In this document: positions 1 to 14,500 of the stretch, one piece after another
Numbering within the stretch: position 1 is the stretch's first letter
How the letters are laid out: each line of letters opens with the position of its first letter
Assembly: GCA_040954595.2 (NCBI GenBank)
Contig: CM082582.2
Coordinates: forward strand, 8,731,383 to 8,795,382
Direction: 5' to 3'
Length of the DNA: 64,000 bases
Origin: Balanoglossus misakiensis
Lineage: Eukaryota; Animalia; Hemichordata
Notes under the pieces: model-generated
The model's input: the letters and a program-made list of their open reading frames with translations, nothing else
The model's database searches: none
Told to the model about the DNA's origin: nothing
Translations under genes and position numbers: made by a program

Positions 1-3000
1 ACATGCAGTCAGTGACCATCTCCGATCCGAGCCCTAAAGTATAATAAGTTTAATAGGTTTCATCTTTGATGAGTTGGTTTGACCCAGCGCCACTTAAGCG
101 ATGCGATCGCTCAACAACTGCGAACGAGCCGTCACACTGCCCGTACCTAACAATCAGCGAAGCTCTCTAACACTCATCGGATAGAAATCACTTGTCGTTA
201 ACCTGGAGCTAGCCACCGTGGCTTTTCATTTTCTCGATTTTTTCCCCTCGAGGCCATGCACCCGGACCGCTAAAACGGCAACGAATGCACGCTGCAGTTA
301 CAACTTCAGGAGAAACCTCGACCGCGTGGCTAAATACACATACCATCAAATAATTAACCCCGTATACCCTCGTGATTTTCCACCGATTTATCGCACAGAT
401 TTCCAAAAAGTAAATATAGGACACTGAATAAGCCAGGTACTATAGGCCTCAAGTGACGTTCATTCAACTCTCACTGTCGAAACGAATTCCGTGTGTCGAG
501 ATTTTAGCACACAGCTAATCAGTTAAAGGTTCGCAAACACTTTCCATTTCAAGTCTTGCACTTTCCCCACGCAGTAATTACATCGGGCTGATTAAATAGT
601 AAATATTCGCTGCATTTCTTCTAATATCTCAAAATTGCCTGCACCACCGCAGTGATGAATTGCGCGCCGTGACCTTGAACTCAGTGGACCGGTAATTTTA
701 ACGAAAGAAAATGAAAGATGATTGCTCTCTCAATAATTTTCAATGGTGTTGCTTAAGTGTCACCAACAGCACAACATACACAGATAAAAGACACATTTCT
801 CTAAAATCGGGCCACGTGACCTTTGTCTTCCAAGTTTAGTTCAGCATAATAATTTTCAGACGATGCTCCCTGTTGGCAACCATCTAGAGCAAATCGTTTA
901 TTGGATTATGTGCCCCGGGTTTGATATTCGAACAGGGACCCTTGGTATAAGTGCGTATATATCGAAACCGAGTCTCTATACAACGAGTCTCGAGCGCAAT
1001 TGTGATTTTTGAAAATTATTTTCGTTTACTATCTCGTTGCAAAGCTGATCCTGACGTAAGACCCTTTGTTGACAATGCTGAAGAACAGGTGCGACATGCT
1101 GTAGCGGACCAATCGTTTGCGAACCTAAGATTTCAAATGCGCGTTGAGCGGCTGGGTCCCTTCAAGAGGTGTTCGGTGGCGGCTTTCACTAGCAGGCAAT
1201 TAGGACTTTCGCTGCAGAAGACGAAGTACCTCGCACCCTGAAATTCAGCTCTGCAAAAGAAGTTGATTACTAGTCACGGGTCCAATCACGAGCACGACCC
1301 TGCGATTTTCTTGAATACACAATTTACTCAAACAGACAAATCGGCGTGTAATTTCATTGTGGGGGTGACGTCATGAAAGTAAGAGCTTATTTGATTTACC
1401 TCGGATGCGGAATATCAAGGGTCCAACTATATACGCCACTGCAGGCAGCGTTCGCAGCAAACATCATTTTGAGTTTTACTGTGATTGTTTTGTCGCTCGC
1501 GTTCCCGTTGGTTGAACGACGGTCTGTATAAACGCGCGACAGGAAAATATGTCATGAAACATATTCAACCACCGTGACAAAGTTCGCGAGTATACTCTCT
1601 TTTACTTTCGGTACGGTCATTGCTGCTGTTGATTGGTGTGGTATCGGAGGGCAATTCACTCATACATTTTGGCCAACACAAAATTAGACCGCCAGTAAGC
1701 AATATACGCCTACTCGCATTAGCGAACAAGCAAGCATGCATGCGAAGGTACATGATGATAAATCGAAAATCGATTCTTCGCGTGTTCACTTCCGTGACGA
1801 GCTTTCCACGTTCAAGGTACAGAATAGTGTTTTAAGATTCATGTTTATATCTAATTATATGAACATGAGCAGCAGACAGACAGACAGACAGACAGGCAGA
1901 CAAATTGCACACAATTGGCACGTTTACTAGAATATCGGAGCTAAATGACTTATCGATGCAGACTACTGTATAGTCAACTAATCATGCCCGAGTAACTGCC
2001 GAAAACTCGCTGCGGCAGTTCAAGAAATTGACCCGTGGCAACCGCTGAAGAAGTTGCGTGCACGCAACGGGGTGCCCATTCGCTCGCCAGGCACGTCATT
2101 GCAATCCAAACAGCGATCGCCGCGGTTGTTGCCAATGCAGGTCACGACTCCAGCAGTCCAGAGGACCGTCCGCAAGGACCCTGGTCGACTAATTTGATTA
2201 GACGTGAAGGGAAACTGAACGGGAACGCGTGCGTATATACGCGGGGTCCAAATAAGAAGTAGAAATTGCACATATTTGGGATGCACTTGACGAGGCAATT
2301 CTGTCTCCCCGAGGACGTTTCTGCATGTTGTTTGTGGTATGATTAGTTCTCCCTAGTGGCCGTCGAGCGCATCTTTGTCCTTGGCATCACGTGGAAAACC
2401 AACCGTGGATTTCCCTTCGGTGCACGGATAGCAAAACTCTGACTTTTAAAAAACATGTTTGTATTTCTGACAAGGATTTTCTACGTAAGCAGGTTAATAT
2501 GAGAGCTGCCAAGTCAGGCATGCTGACGTTGATTACGGACTTTAATTCAATCGTCATTCATTCGGGGACTAGTACTGGTCCACGAACCAGATCAAATACA
2601 CACACATACAAACACAATCTTTTCAGAGCAACAAGAAATATCAACGTATTTCGCTCTAATGCGTCAAGTATTGTACGATTTCACCCAGTACACCAAGCAC
2701 AAAAAGCCGAAGTTTTGCCACCGGTAAAACGTGAAAATAATCCCTTCTATATTCAAAAGATGACTTGTGTGCATCTTCTCGTGGAAGACTTTTCAAAGCC
2801 ATCGAGTTTTTGAAGGCTTTCACTAATTCTGCCTGATAAGTAACAAAACGAGTAACCGTAGGCCTTTTTTTATTCTTTCTTATTTGGGTATGCGACTCGA
2901 TTGCCAGGTAACCATGGCAACTCAAAGTCTACGTGATGCGAATATTAATGATGTAATGTCTTCTCATGCTATTCGTCCAACCGTTCCCGTTTCTGGGAAG

Positions 3001-6000
3001 GAAGCTGACGCATAACACTTCGCAGAAATGTTCGATTTCTTTGCGGAGAGCAAATCAGTGATTCTATGAAATGTTGTCACATGATTGCATCCTTTCAAAA
3101 ACATATACGGGTCTCAAAACATGAAAGTCTAAGTCAACCCATTCCCTTATCGCCAGAAATATATGCCAAATGCAAAACAGGTATACACCTATTTCTTCCC
3201 TCTTGATAACCTTGAAAATCACGATATGGAGTTTTGTAAATTGCTCACACTCACTTATTTCTCATGTGTACCAGTTTAGAAATTCAAAAACGCGCTTCAA
3301 CCCTCCCATTTATTGAAACCAATCAAACGTTTTGAATTTTAATGGAGTCCAGAGAGGGTCACGTGACGTCGATCAACACCACTCTCGAAGATAAGCAATC
3401 GCGGAGCACTAAAAAGCGGTGAGGCGTACGTGCATCCATTGGTTGAATGAACGAATTTCAGAGGGGACCAGGAAATTAAAGAAATGAAGTGTTGAGAGAG
3501 AGACAGGGACCCCTCGTGCCTGCAACAAGTGACCGCATTTACGAGTTCCATTGATGCCTACTGTCGACGCTAAGTAACTCCACTCAAGAGAGAGGAAATG
3601 CACGCGCCGGTTCACTTACCGAAATGCAAATATCAAAACTGAAAAGGGAAAGAGGCCTTTACTATGCAGCGATGACTGTAAATGTAGCTAATCATAAACT
3701 TGTCATTTGTTTTGCCTTCACGGTTTGTAAGCATCTCGTCTTATTCAAGGCTTCGATTTTTTTTGGATAGCTGCCGAATTCTGACTGCCAGGCTTCAGAA
3801 GGACGTAGATAGAAGGCAGTCGAACTGTGTCCCTTTAATGCTTGTCCGAAGATTTCCACATAATGAGCCCGTGATAAAAAGGCAACTGGCCTATATAGTA
3901 TCGGAGCGGAAGTCCATCTAAATCTCCCACATCAACAAGAATCAAACGCTTACGTGGGCTACCCAATAGCGTTGAAGTGAAAGATATTGAGTTAAGTGGT
4001 ATCACTGCCCGACAAGTCAACCCGATCGATGGCTTGGATGTTGTGTACACGAACACGTTCGGAGGACTTGGGCGAGTCATCACTTTCCTACATGCCGTTA
4101 CACACATGCACGCACGTAACCTTTACCGTCGCCACGCCCAAAAGTTAATTTGTAAAAACCTAGGACAGGTCGTTAGTATTCCTCTCAGAATGGCAGACGT
4201 GACAACGAACACCCACAAGTAGTACTGGCCTGGTGGTAGTATGTGTGTAGAATATTCATCAAGATGGCCATCATAAAAAAAGTCATGAATATCCGTGAAG
4301 AAATTCATGAAAATTATTTACATCTTTCTCCTTCTTCCTGCGCCTCAGTGGACTCCGTTTGTTCATGACCCATTCTAGTTTTATGCTTACATGTGACGCC
4401 GTAAATGTCGACACGCAAGGCAAGGACGGGTTGACGTGCCTGGACTGAAAGGAAATGGAAATTTTATGCAATGATATAATTAATTGCTTCTCGGAAATCA
4501 ATCGCTTTGTAGCGGTGTTTAAATCGTGCAGGTTTCAGCTAGGAGTCGCGATCGATTGTCCCCGGCCGAGGAGCCTATGCAACGTTTTCCTCCATCATAT
4601 TTCTGATAGAAGGTCATCAATAACATGCGATGGGTTATCTACAAATAGACTGAAGATACCCTAATGAAGTCACGTGACCAAGCTTATCAATTCGCCGCCT
4701 ACGTCTGTTTGTTGCGGATGTTCGAAGGAAATAAACCCACGTTCCTTTCTTACTCTCTGTCTCTCTCTCTCGCTCACTTTTGTTTCTGAAATTAATCATT
4801 CTGTCACGTGTCAAGGTAGACTGAGACAGCCGGGATCAGCCTGCAGATTCCGCGCCTCAAAACGCACCTGCCAATCTGTCTCCATGGATACGCTCTTTGA
4901 CTCCGAAATGAAGCGACTGTAATGAAACGGATCCGAGACGACGAGAGGGAAGAAAAGAAGGAGACCTTTCACGTTTTCTCATAAAACAGACATGACGGCC
5001 CATAATTCAATTTTCCTTTGTTTATTTTTTGACAGCCAATATCACCACGGTGCCGGACAAACGGAAATCGTGGATTCTGGAAATGCGTTGTTTCGTCACG
5101 TGGTAACGTTCTAGCTGCGACGTTAACAGTTTTTATTAGGCAATATTGAACAGTCATATACTGTGAAATCGCTTTGACTATATATGACTGCTGGAAGATA
5201 GAAATATGTGAAAGGAGGTCGCGGCAGCAATTCATTTACCAGGTCGCCTGCATTGATGACGTGTATATACTGCAGTCATCCTGGATAATATTGACCTTCT
5301 GTGTACACCACCTCGAGTGCTTTAATATTCTGTGTCTCATTAATTCATCTTTCTTTTCTCTGCTGCACAATCCAAGATGCAAGAATAACGCACTGTTCGG
5401 TTTTTGTCAGTCTCCTGCTGAAATTGCGTTAGCAACATTGCGAGTTAAAAGCATCAAAACTTATTTCTAACCACGGACACACGCCAAGTAGAATACATGT
5501 CAACCCCATTATTCTCTCAAACAGAAGCAAATCTCAAAGAAATTTGGCCAGGGTTGCCTTTTGCTCGACCCAAATCCCTGCATTTCATTTTTCTTCTCTT
5601 TGCCTTGCGGGTAAGCATTAATTTATTTCATTGTAGTAACAGTTAATTAAATTTCTCCATTTTCACTGGATGGCCAATAAATCATGGCGAGCTTTCAAAT
5701 TTTACGTTTGACTTAATGCCCGGTAGATCGTTTACTTCGTTTTAATAAGATATTTCATTTCGAATAGCAATGGTGGAAGTAATAAAAGGTATACGACTGG
5801 CATTATTGGCCAACCTGTTTATTGAAGGAACTGAGAGCAAACAAGAACGCTTTCGTCACGAATTCTTCGTCATTGACTGAGCTCGAGATCTGCTGTCGTC
5901 AAAACGTTTGTCGAGTTCTGATGACGTCAAGGCACCGACTTCTTGACTTCAGAATGTATGATGATTGAGATCCTTGATTTTGATTGACGATGTGTTGACA

Positions 6001-6759
6001 TTGTGTTATGATGTAGCGCGCGGGGGAGGGGTGTTCGGGGTGTGTGATGGCAAGGCCAGTTCTTGTGCCTTGAAGTGAGATTCGTATTCTTTGTCTTGCA
6101 CATTATACGTCGAGAGCAATCGACGTTGCATCGCGTGACCTCACCTGGCCTTCGGATTGGCGTTTGGGAGTGACGTTTGATTTGAAGTGGCGTTTGCTCG
6201 ACCTGGCGTGACCCAACGCCCGTGTGCCCCCGATGTGACGTTTCGTGGTGTTATTTGTCGTGACTAGACATGGCATGCCGTGACGTAACGTGAAGTGACG
6301 TTGCGTGTACTTGTGCGTTCTGTGTTGTTTTGCTTTCTTACGACGCGGTTATATGTGCCAGGCAGACTTGTGACGTCATACTGCTCAATTTGAATCGGAT
6401 GTGCTATGGTGGTGTGGTGTGAATTATATGGTGTAATGTGAATTACATGTATGTGGTGTGGTGTTTACATGATTCATATGCACAACACTCGAACGCCACA
6501 CTTTCGACGAAGCATTTCTCATGATAATGCAATAACAAATGGCATCCTATCTTATTTGAAATTAAAAAAAAATGAATCAATGTTGAAATTGACAAACGGC
6601 ATTGCCAGATCACTGCTTATTTATTTCCCAGACTACAGTGCTGATCATTTCAAGCGATGGCTGCACACATGGCCACACATAATCCGCTCTCCCGGGTTTC
6701 GCTTCCCCCTGGATAATCGGGAACGAGTGTCAAAGCAACAATGAAACACCTCTACAGAC

Positions 6760-7423
6760 CTGGTAATCTTCTCTGAAAAGTCGCCTTTAGCAAATCTTCC
6801 ACAATAAACACACAGTAAGTACAGTCGGCTACTGTCTGTGGTATTGCCCAAGGCGATTTCTGACAAAGATTTGACATAATACCGTTATTATAACACGATT
6901 TGTTGGTGACGTCCATAATACCGTGTGTCTGGGTAGCGACTTATGCGCACTACTCTAGAGATAATTAAATTTCTGAAAGCAAAGTCACAATGCATCTCGT
7001 ACTAGAAATAAGTTCTTATTCATACATGGACAAAGGTGGTTTTGTGAATTAATTGGATAGTGCGAAACAAACGGGATGGAGAATATTTTGGGTCTCGCGA
7101 GGAATGAAAGAGACACGGAGAGGAGAGACAGCGGGGAGGGGAGAGAGGGAGGTGGGGGTGGAGAGAGACAGATAGAGAGAGGGACTTTACGAAGATACTG
7201 CAGCGTATAGTATTACCAAGAATTTCATCAAAGTAAGCAGTGTGCACGTTATCATGTATGCTCGTACACCTGCATGGCGTTGACAAGCGGTGTGTTCATA
7301 TAATCTGCCTGCGTTGTCCCTATATCTAGCGATCACTTGCAGCTGCTCTTCAAATAGCGAAAACTTGAGATCTGCAGAGGCCAGCTCTAGTCGATGCAGG
7401 GTATTCAGACAGTCGTCATCCAT
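6760..7423 (-). CDS. Possible short spliced ORF of unknown function (two phase-compatible candidate exons); may be non-coding
   Basis: Minus strand: polypyrimidine acceptor before 7476, gccATGg at 7423, frame open to a GT donor after 7270 (phase 1). The next candidate exon 6859-6760 continues in frame (MDDDCLNTLHRLELASADLKFSLFEEQLQ...RHA|EIALGNTTDSSRLYLLCVYCGRFAKGDFSEKIT). Donors are weak and no family is recognised. Confidence 0.2.
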
Positions 7424-8076
7424 GGCCGGTTAGTGGCAATGTAAGGCAAGCTGCCTTTCAATCATGGTTCCATTCACTGGGCAACGGCAAAGCGAGAAAA
7501 GAAAAAAAGGCGAAGGAGCATCGTGTGTCACTTAGCTTCATTATGGACGCCTATACACTCTAAACTTTGCTTAATAGCGTATCGCAGCCTCCTGTAAAGC
7601 AGTGCGGGCTTGTTAAAAAGCACTCGTCTTTATTGCTGTTTGATTGATTGGGGTCTTGATTATCTTACACTCCAAATTCCGCAATCAGAGATGCCGATCG
7701 ACTCATCCATTTTCGATGTGTGGATGAATACTGGGATGGATGGTGTTTTTTAGGGGGGGCTCGACATAAGATTGATTAGCCCTGGGTCCATGGGTCTGTC
7801 GGGTTCATTCTGGTAGTTCCCTCAACGTATACTGGAAAACGGGGACCGTTGTGAATATTCAATTTTCCATGTTTGCGTTGGTGTTTCTTGTTTTGTATAA
7901 CCCCGTATCTTCTCTCGAACTTGTAATGAAATTATGTTGTGAAATCAATATCATTAAATGTCGCCTACGCCATCCCACGCAGGAACTGACAAAATTGATT
8001 TGAATCTCACTACAGTGTTGCTCAAGTTTAAGGCAAACATTCTCGAGAATTCCCACTTTTACCCGTGTCGATGGCC

Positions 8077-8090
8077 GTTGCTATGGTTAT
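8077..8090. promoter_or_regulatory. RFX X-box-like motif
   Basis: GTTGCTATGGTTAT resembles the X-box GTTGCCATGGCAAC and lies 14 nt from a minus-strand GTAAAA donor at 8062. Function is inferred only. Confidence 0.25.
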
Positions 8091-11000
8091 GTCTCAGGTG
8101 ACAACGTGCGTCCGGTTGTGCGTTTAGTACAAAACCTGAGCGTGTTTAAGGGCCCGTCGCGTTAACACACAAATGGCAAATTATTTCTACTCGGTTGACG
8201 AGTAACATGACCATCGTAGCGGGCGCCAGGACCCCTCGCTTCAAATCTTAACTGTGCTGTGCGTTGTATTGGTCACGATTTTTACGCGTGGAATCTTCTT
8301 GGGCGAAGTAGGCCTAACTTGCATTTTTTTTTTCCAATTGCGTTTCATTTCCCCTCGTCACAGCCCGATGATCATATCCATCAGTTTTATCCTTGAAAAC
8401 GCATTAAATCATATGAACAGCGTTGGCGACCCGGCCTTTCAGGCGCTAATCAGCTGACAAACCCCCCTTCTGAAAAGAAAACGGCCATTAGCCAATGACA
8501 ACAAGACGCGTGGATAATGAGCCAATCACCGATGACCTTGCATCGCCCGAAGAGCACGTCTCCTAGCAACCGATCTGAGCTTCTCGCACAGAAAACCATA
8601 TTCCGCAGGTGTAATGGTCTCCGGTATCCAGCGAAAGTGTGTACATGCCCCTAGCTGTGACCGTGTGTCAAGCTGGGACCAACACATTTCTGTTACCAAG
8701 GTAACAAAACCGATGCTTCGCAGAACTGCAAAAATACATGGGGAAATATCTTGTGAAATTTCACTTCTCCCGGCAAACAATATCACTTTGCGCAGAGCTG
8801 ATCATAATGACTGAATCGGTGTCAGTTACCGAGTCGGACATCTACATTTGTACTTGTAGTTTGGAACTATTATTCTAATAACGTCACTATCAATTTAATT
8901 CTCCAAAAAGCCCTAACCCTGAGTTCAAAAGGCACTCAAAATTATTAATTTTATATTGTTAATAACGAAAGTGGAATCGGCGATTAGTTTATCATGTGTG
9001 TTAGCAATTGCTCTTCAGTCGCAATAACAAACCAAAGCGGATATCTCCAAGGCCACGACGTTGTTTTAGAAATACAATACAAACGAACGTTTTTAGCGAA
9101 ACCAAATCGAAGTAGGTATAGAAGTTTGTTTCATCATTAGCGTAATAACGACGACAAGCTTGTGAACAAGCAAGACGATGGAATTTTGCCAAAGTGCACG
9201 ATATGGACATATGTTCTGGGGTAATATGCATATATCACACACAAATCATATAGGCTTATGATGATAAATGTCAATGATAACCACCTTTTTTGTTGATATG
9301 ATGAGAGTACATGTCGATGGAGGATTTAGAGTAATTGTTGCCAGGAGACGGTCTTAACGATCTGTCCATATTATTCGATCACCACGGTAACGACAGAGAC
9401 GTCATCATATACACACTCCAGAGTTAGCGAGCATAAAATATTTACGATGTTTATTCTTTCCCGCGTAGCTCTTGGGAAATTCGCTGTCCTATACATACGA
9501 ACGATATGAACTTTCAATGGAAAAGCAGGGGTGGAGTTTTTTTTCTCTCGCAAGGCATCATTTATATTTGAGGTATTCAACGACTACTTCGTAATCAATG
9601 TTTCCATTGCCGACAGCGGAAGTACAGTGTGCGTGTCAGGTGCACGGAAATTGCCGGCCATAGGGTGCCTTTGTCGAGCATAATGATTTTGAAGTCGCCA
9701 GTCTCCGATCGAAAAAAAAGTTTGTATTTTACAAATTACAAATTGCCTGCAAATATCATCCCACGCTATCATGGCAACGGGCCAGATTCAGTTGTATGCA
9801 CTGCCGTTACTTTTCGATTATTGGTAAATCACCAGTAACAGCAAATTCAGAGGCTGTCAACTAGTTCATTGATATATCGCTAGCGTGGCAGTGAATTTCA
9901 AATGAGTCGTAATTATGTGTAAAATATCACCTTGTAGATTTATCAAGCTCTAAACATTGTAGATAAAGTAAGTGCATTTTACCATTAACTCTGAAAACAG
10001 TCGTCCCTGGTTCGTGTGCTGTGAACGCGAGCAGAATATTAAAAGTAAACGTACGATTGAGCACTATAGAAATCTAATTAAATCGACATCGCGCGCAGTC
10101 GGGCGATATTCTTTGTATATAAGCAGCCATTAAAATACATGTACTGGCAAACACGGCTGTATAGGCCTGCATGTGTATCCAGGGGTCCCCCACTTAGCTA
10201 ATATTTCTTATCTACCATGTCTCGGTAAAAATGGTACGATTGGAAAATCGTCACTGCACAACTGCCAGTGGCAAAAAGTTGTGACGAGTCCGTAGCATAG
10301 TTGCTGGCCGGTGTCCTAGGCCCACGATATCCATGTTACACTATTTTCTATACCCAAGTTTCAATTTAATATATCGACGGTACATATATCTTGCAATAAG
10401 TCAAAATGCATAAAAAATAATTCCAAATATATTATGTTTAGTTTACACTTCTCTAGTGATCATTGCAAGTGTGTGTACGCGTACGTCATCGATCCGACAG
10501 CGTCAAAACTGCCAGTGAGGGCAACCTTCATGATCGTGCGCGAGATGTCTCCGGGTCTGGTGTCGCGAGTGGCGACCCTCATGAGTTCAAGATCAGGCGA
10601 ATTAGGATGGTCGTGTCTTGCTACACGTAAGCAACGGGTACATTGTGTGACAATATGAATTTATTCAACCTTTCTCGGCTATTTCTATACGCCGTTTAAA
10701 TATAGCAGAGACCACGCCAAGCAAATACACTTTACGCCTCCACGCTGACCGTTCACGTGATCACGAGACCTCACATGGCATGAATCTGACACCTGTCATG
10801 CTAGTATATACGTATCCTCAAAAGTGAAGGACGTTTGGCGTACCTGAGGTGAAGTGTGAGCTTGAAAATCACGTGGGTGCTTTTTTTAAACAAGGCATGA
10901 ACTATGCACAGAAATTTAGTGTACATTTTTGACCAGTTAGAATTATTGAAACTGTCCTTTACATATTCAAACATGTTCTTCGTCAGAATAGTTTCCGGAT

Positions 11001-11518
11001 ATATAACATGATTTTGTTGAGAAAAAAATCACAAATGAATAGAAAATACCCCATACGCCCGTATACTTCTACTACAAGTGTAACTTATACAAGTACATGT
11101 ATTGCCACAGTCTGGCTTACGAGGGCGCTATTCAATAATCAGTGGTGATGTGAAACAACGAACCAACTTATCCGTATAAATGTCCCAATTCTGATTCAGA
11201 TTCGGTTAATCTGAGCCTGGAGTTACTGCTTTGAGTGTCTATTTTTTACTTTAAATTCGCATTTCAAATTCCCGGCCGAATTACCAATTGTTAACACCCA
11301 CTTTCGGACTTATTTTCAACGCAAGAGGTCAATATTTTACCAACATTGACGATTGCTATTAGGACATTTCAAGCTAAGTCTGAATCTGAAAATATCGCTG
11401 AGTGAGTGACTTTTGCAACGGGTAAAGGTTACTCTCTGAACAGTTTGTACTTGACTGGGATTTGCTGGTGTCGTTTTTGCTGCTGCGTGGTAATTTGCCT
11501 TTAGTACACATCTTCAAC

Positions 11519-14500
11519 ATGGCTGAGCTGAAGAAGTACTCACTTGAAGAAGTTGAGAAGAACTACAATGCCCAGTCGTGCTGGATTATCATCCACAAGA
11601 AAATTTACGATGTCACGAAATTTCTAGAAGAGGTGAGTCAGAAAGCTTCAGCCAACATGATGAATGGCACGTACATGTTCCGTGAGCGAGCGGGCAAGCA
11701 ACTTTGCATGACTATATACAGTTCAAGCGTCGAAATCGATGGACGCGTTACTGTGACTTTTCCCTTTTTAATAAATTGCATGATATGATATAGAAGAATT
11801 CCCATCATTACGACAATTCATTTGTCGCGGGGCTGTTGGAATCCTCATTCCGATTAGGGGCAGTTTGGGGAGGTTCGATTTAATCTTCGATACGGGTTCA
11901 TCTCAGGAAACTGACTGACTTATTATATAAATACAGCTGATGAAATTACGCCAAGTGAAAGAGTTGGGCTAAAGTCCCACAGAAAAATACACAGTCGAAC
12001 AAGACCGACGTAATGGCGCGATCACGTGACTGGGCGCTGTCTGTCTATTCATGTTACATGTACGTGTACTTGGTGTGATGTAACCAAGGCGAGTCCAAAT
12101 GCATCGGGACAGACTCTTCTTTATTAGTCAAGAAATTCAGAGAATCGTCGCGTCACAGCTGCCATGGTTGAATATTGTGACATAGGTGTATTAAAATAGC
12201 CGCACCTGTGAAACTGAAAGGAAATCATGTTGTATTGAGTTCACAGTCACTGAGTCAGTAATATTTATAGATCATACATTGTACAGCATTGTTTTTGTTA
12301 CAAGCCAATTCTGAATCAAAGTGTACAACTGTACAGTATTTTATGAAAACCCAGACAGACTGTCGGTGTATGAAACTAATTGGGCTCAGTGATACTATTA
12401 CCAGGTACTTATAGTATCGTCGCATGTATTTAATTGTAAATTTTCACTGATTGAAAAGATATAGATTTTCATTACATTTTGGCAATCTTGCCTGTAATTA
12501 AATACCAAAGTCCCTTCTAGGTGGGAATGAAATCGTGGGAGGATTATGACCATACGCCAGCAGTTTAGCATGATTAGTCACAATCCCCTATCCTTCAGCA
12601 ACAAGTTGTATGTGGTCTATGTGTTACAGGGGCATACCTATCTTGGTACCCTGTTATTTGACGTGTGACTGACCTTTGGCACCCAGTCTGTTGTCAGCTT
12701 AATTAATAATTGATAATGTGGCTGTGTGCACGTAATGCGGTGTATGTGAGGGCAATGTTGAAAATGGGCAATATGTTTGAATGTTGCATGTTATTCAGTG
12801 ACCAGTCTTGGTGGTGTAGTTATAAGCGAACTTCTTTCAACAATTTACAAAATGAATCATACTCCAGTCCATTAAACACCACATCATAAATGTCTATTTC
12901 CAATGTTCATAATGCACGTGCCTTGAACTGAACTATTTTTCCTTTTCCCATTTTCGTTCTTGACAGCATCCTGGAGGTGAAGAGGTTCTGCTGGAACAGG
13001 GAGGTAAGATGTCGGTCCTGTAACCTTTCTCTAGACACAACCAAAACCAGCTGTTTCAGCAAAGCTAAGAATCTATTGTCACAAGACAGCCATTTCAAGA
13101 TGATCATTTTTTCAAATCTCCAAAGTTAACATGTTACAGTGTCACACTGTTTATTAGGCAAGGTTTGGTTGTATTGTGCTGTCAGCCATTATATTAACTC
13201 CATCCTTATTGTGGATTTCAGTGACATAATTTATGGTTCTTATGGGATATTCTCCCTTTCGATTTTCAGGCCATAATGCATCAGAATCATTTGAAGATGT
13301 TGGCCATTCGACGGATGCTCGGGAAATGATGAAGGAGTATCTCATCGGCGAGCTCCATCCGGTGAGTTTTCTCTCAGTCTATTCTGTATCGACGAATCCG
13401 ACGGCTTGTGGTGGTTTGCATTGCAGAGAAACCTTCACTCTGATTGGTTGATTTAGTTCTAGTTTGTGGCCATTAACCAATAAGCATCAAGGTGACATTA
13501 TGGCAACTGTGTCAGCGCTGGCAGTGTACATGTAATTGTAGTAAAATCCATTGTACCAGTAATATTTACGTTGCGCTGTTTCTTCACGTGTACATATTCC
13601 ATGCGTACTGACCCTTTATCAGATTGCGCGTCCAGACCGCGTCAACATTTGCACACTTCCGTGACCCCTGAGGAGGTCTGCAGGGCTGTGTACCATTCAC
13701 GTGAGTGTGTAGTCGTATCGCCATGAATGGACATTCCCAAAGTTTGTACGCCGGCTAAAGATAGAATTTCGGTTCTAAAAATAATACCAGTCTGCAGTTG
13801 ATAACAGGTCTTTCAGTGATCACTTGTGGTCAGCGTGATAGCTTTTCAAACAAGACTCAGCAGTCTCTTTCGGAGGTACTCAAGATCTGACTGTTTTATC
13901 ATGGAGAGTAGAAGGTTTCCACTGTTTGTGGCTTTACCCATAACTGTGAAAGTTTCAAATTTATCCCATACACATTTTTGCAGTCGTGCCAAACCTTTTT
14001 TTCAAGTTTTTAACCTGTATCCAGACATCTTGATATAATTTCCTATTACATGTATCACTGTTCATATTTGAATTATTATTAGAAATCAATTGAGCAACTG
14101 TCCTCCCTGAGCACTGCTGTTTGTAAAAATGATAGGAAACAACCAAGAAGTCTTTGGTTATAACACATGTACATATAATGAAAATTCAGAGGACCTTTTC
14201 TTTTGTATTGAATATTTTATCACACTATACATTGTTTCACAGCAATATCCTTTATCCAGTGATGACAGTTTACATTTAGTAACAATGACAGTTGACCTTC
14301 GCACTTTGACCCTGATCACGTTCTCTTTGGATCCTGAATTGTCGGACACGCTTGCACGTGCCCACCCTTCATCAGTTATCTGCACAAACCAAATACGTTC
14401 AGTCAGTGGTCGTAGTTTGTCTTCTTGGGTTCATGCATTGTTGGTTTAATGCAGTAGTGTCGTCGTGAGAAAATTACATTCTTTTTCACTTAATACATTT

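Noticed and set aside
13662-13664. In-frame TGA in the 78-nt candidate exon read as selenocysteine
   Set aside because: No SECIS identified, and the position is not a conserved Cys in cytochrome b5; a stop is simpler.
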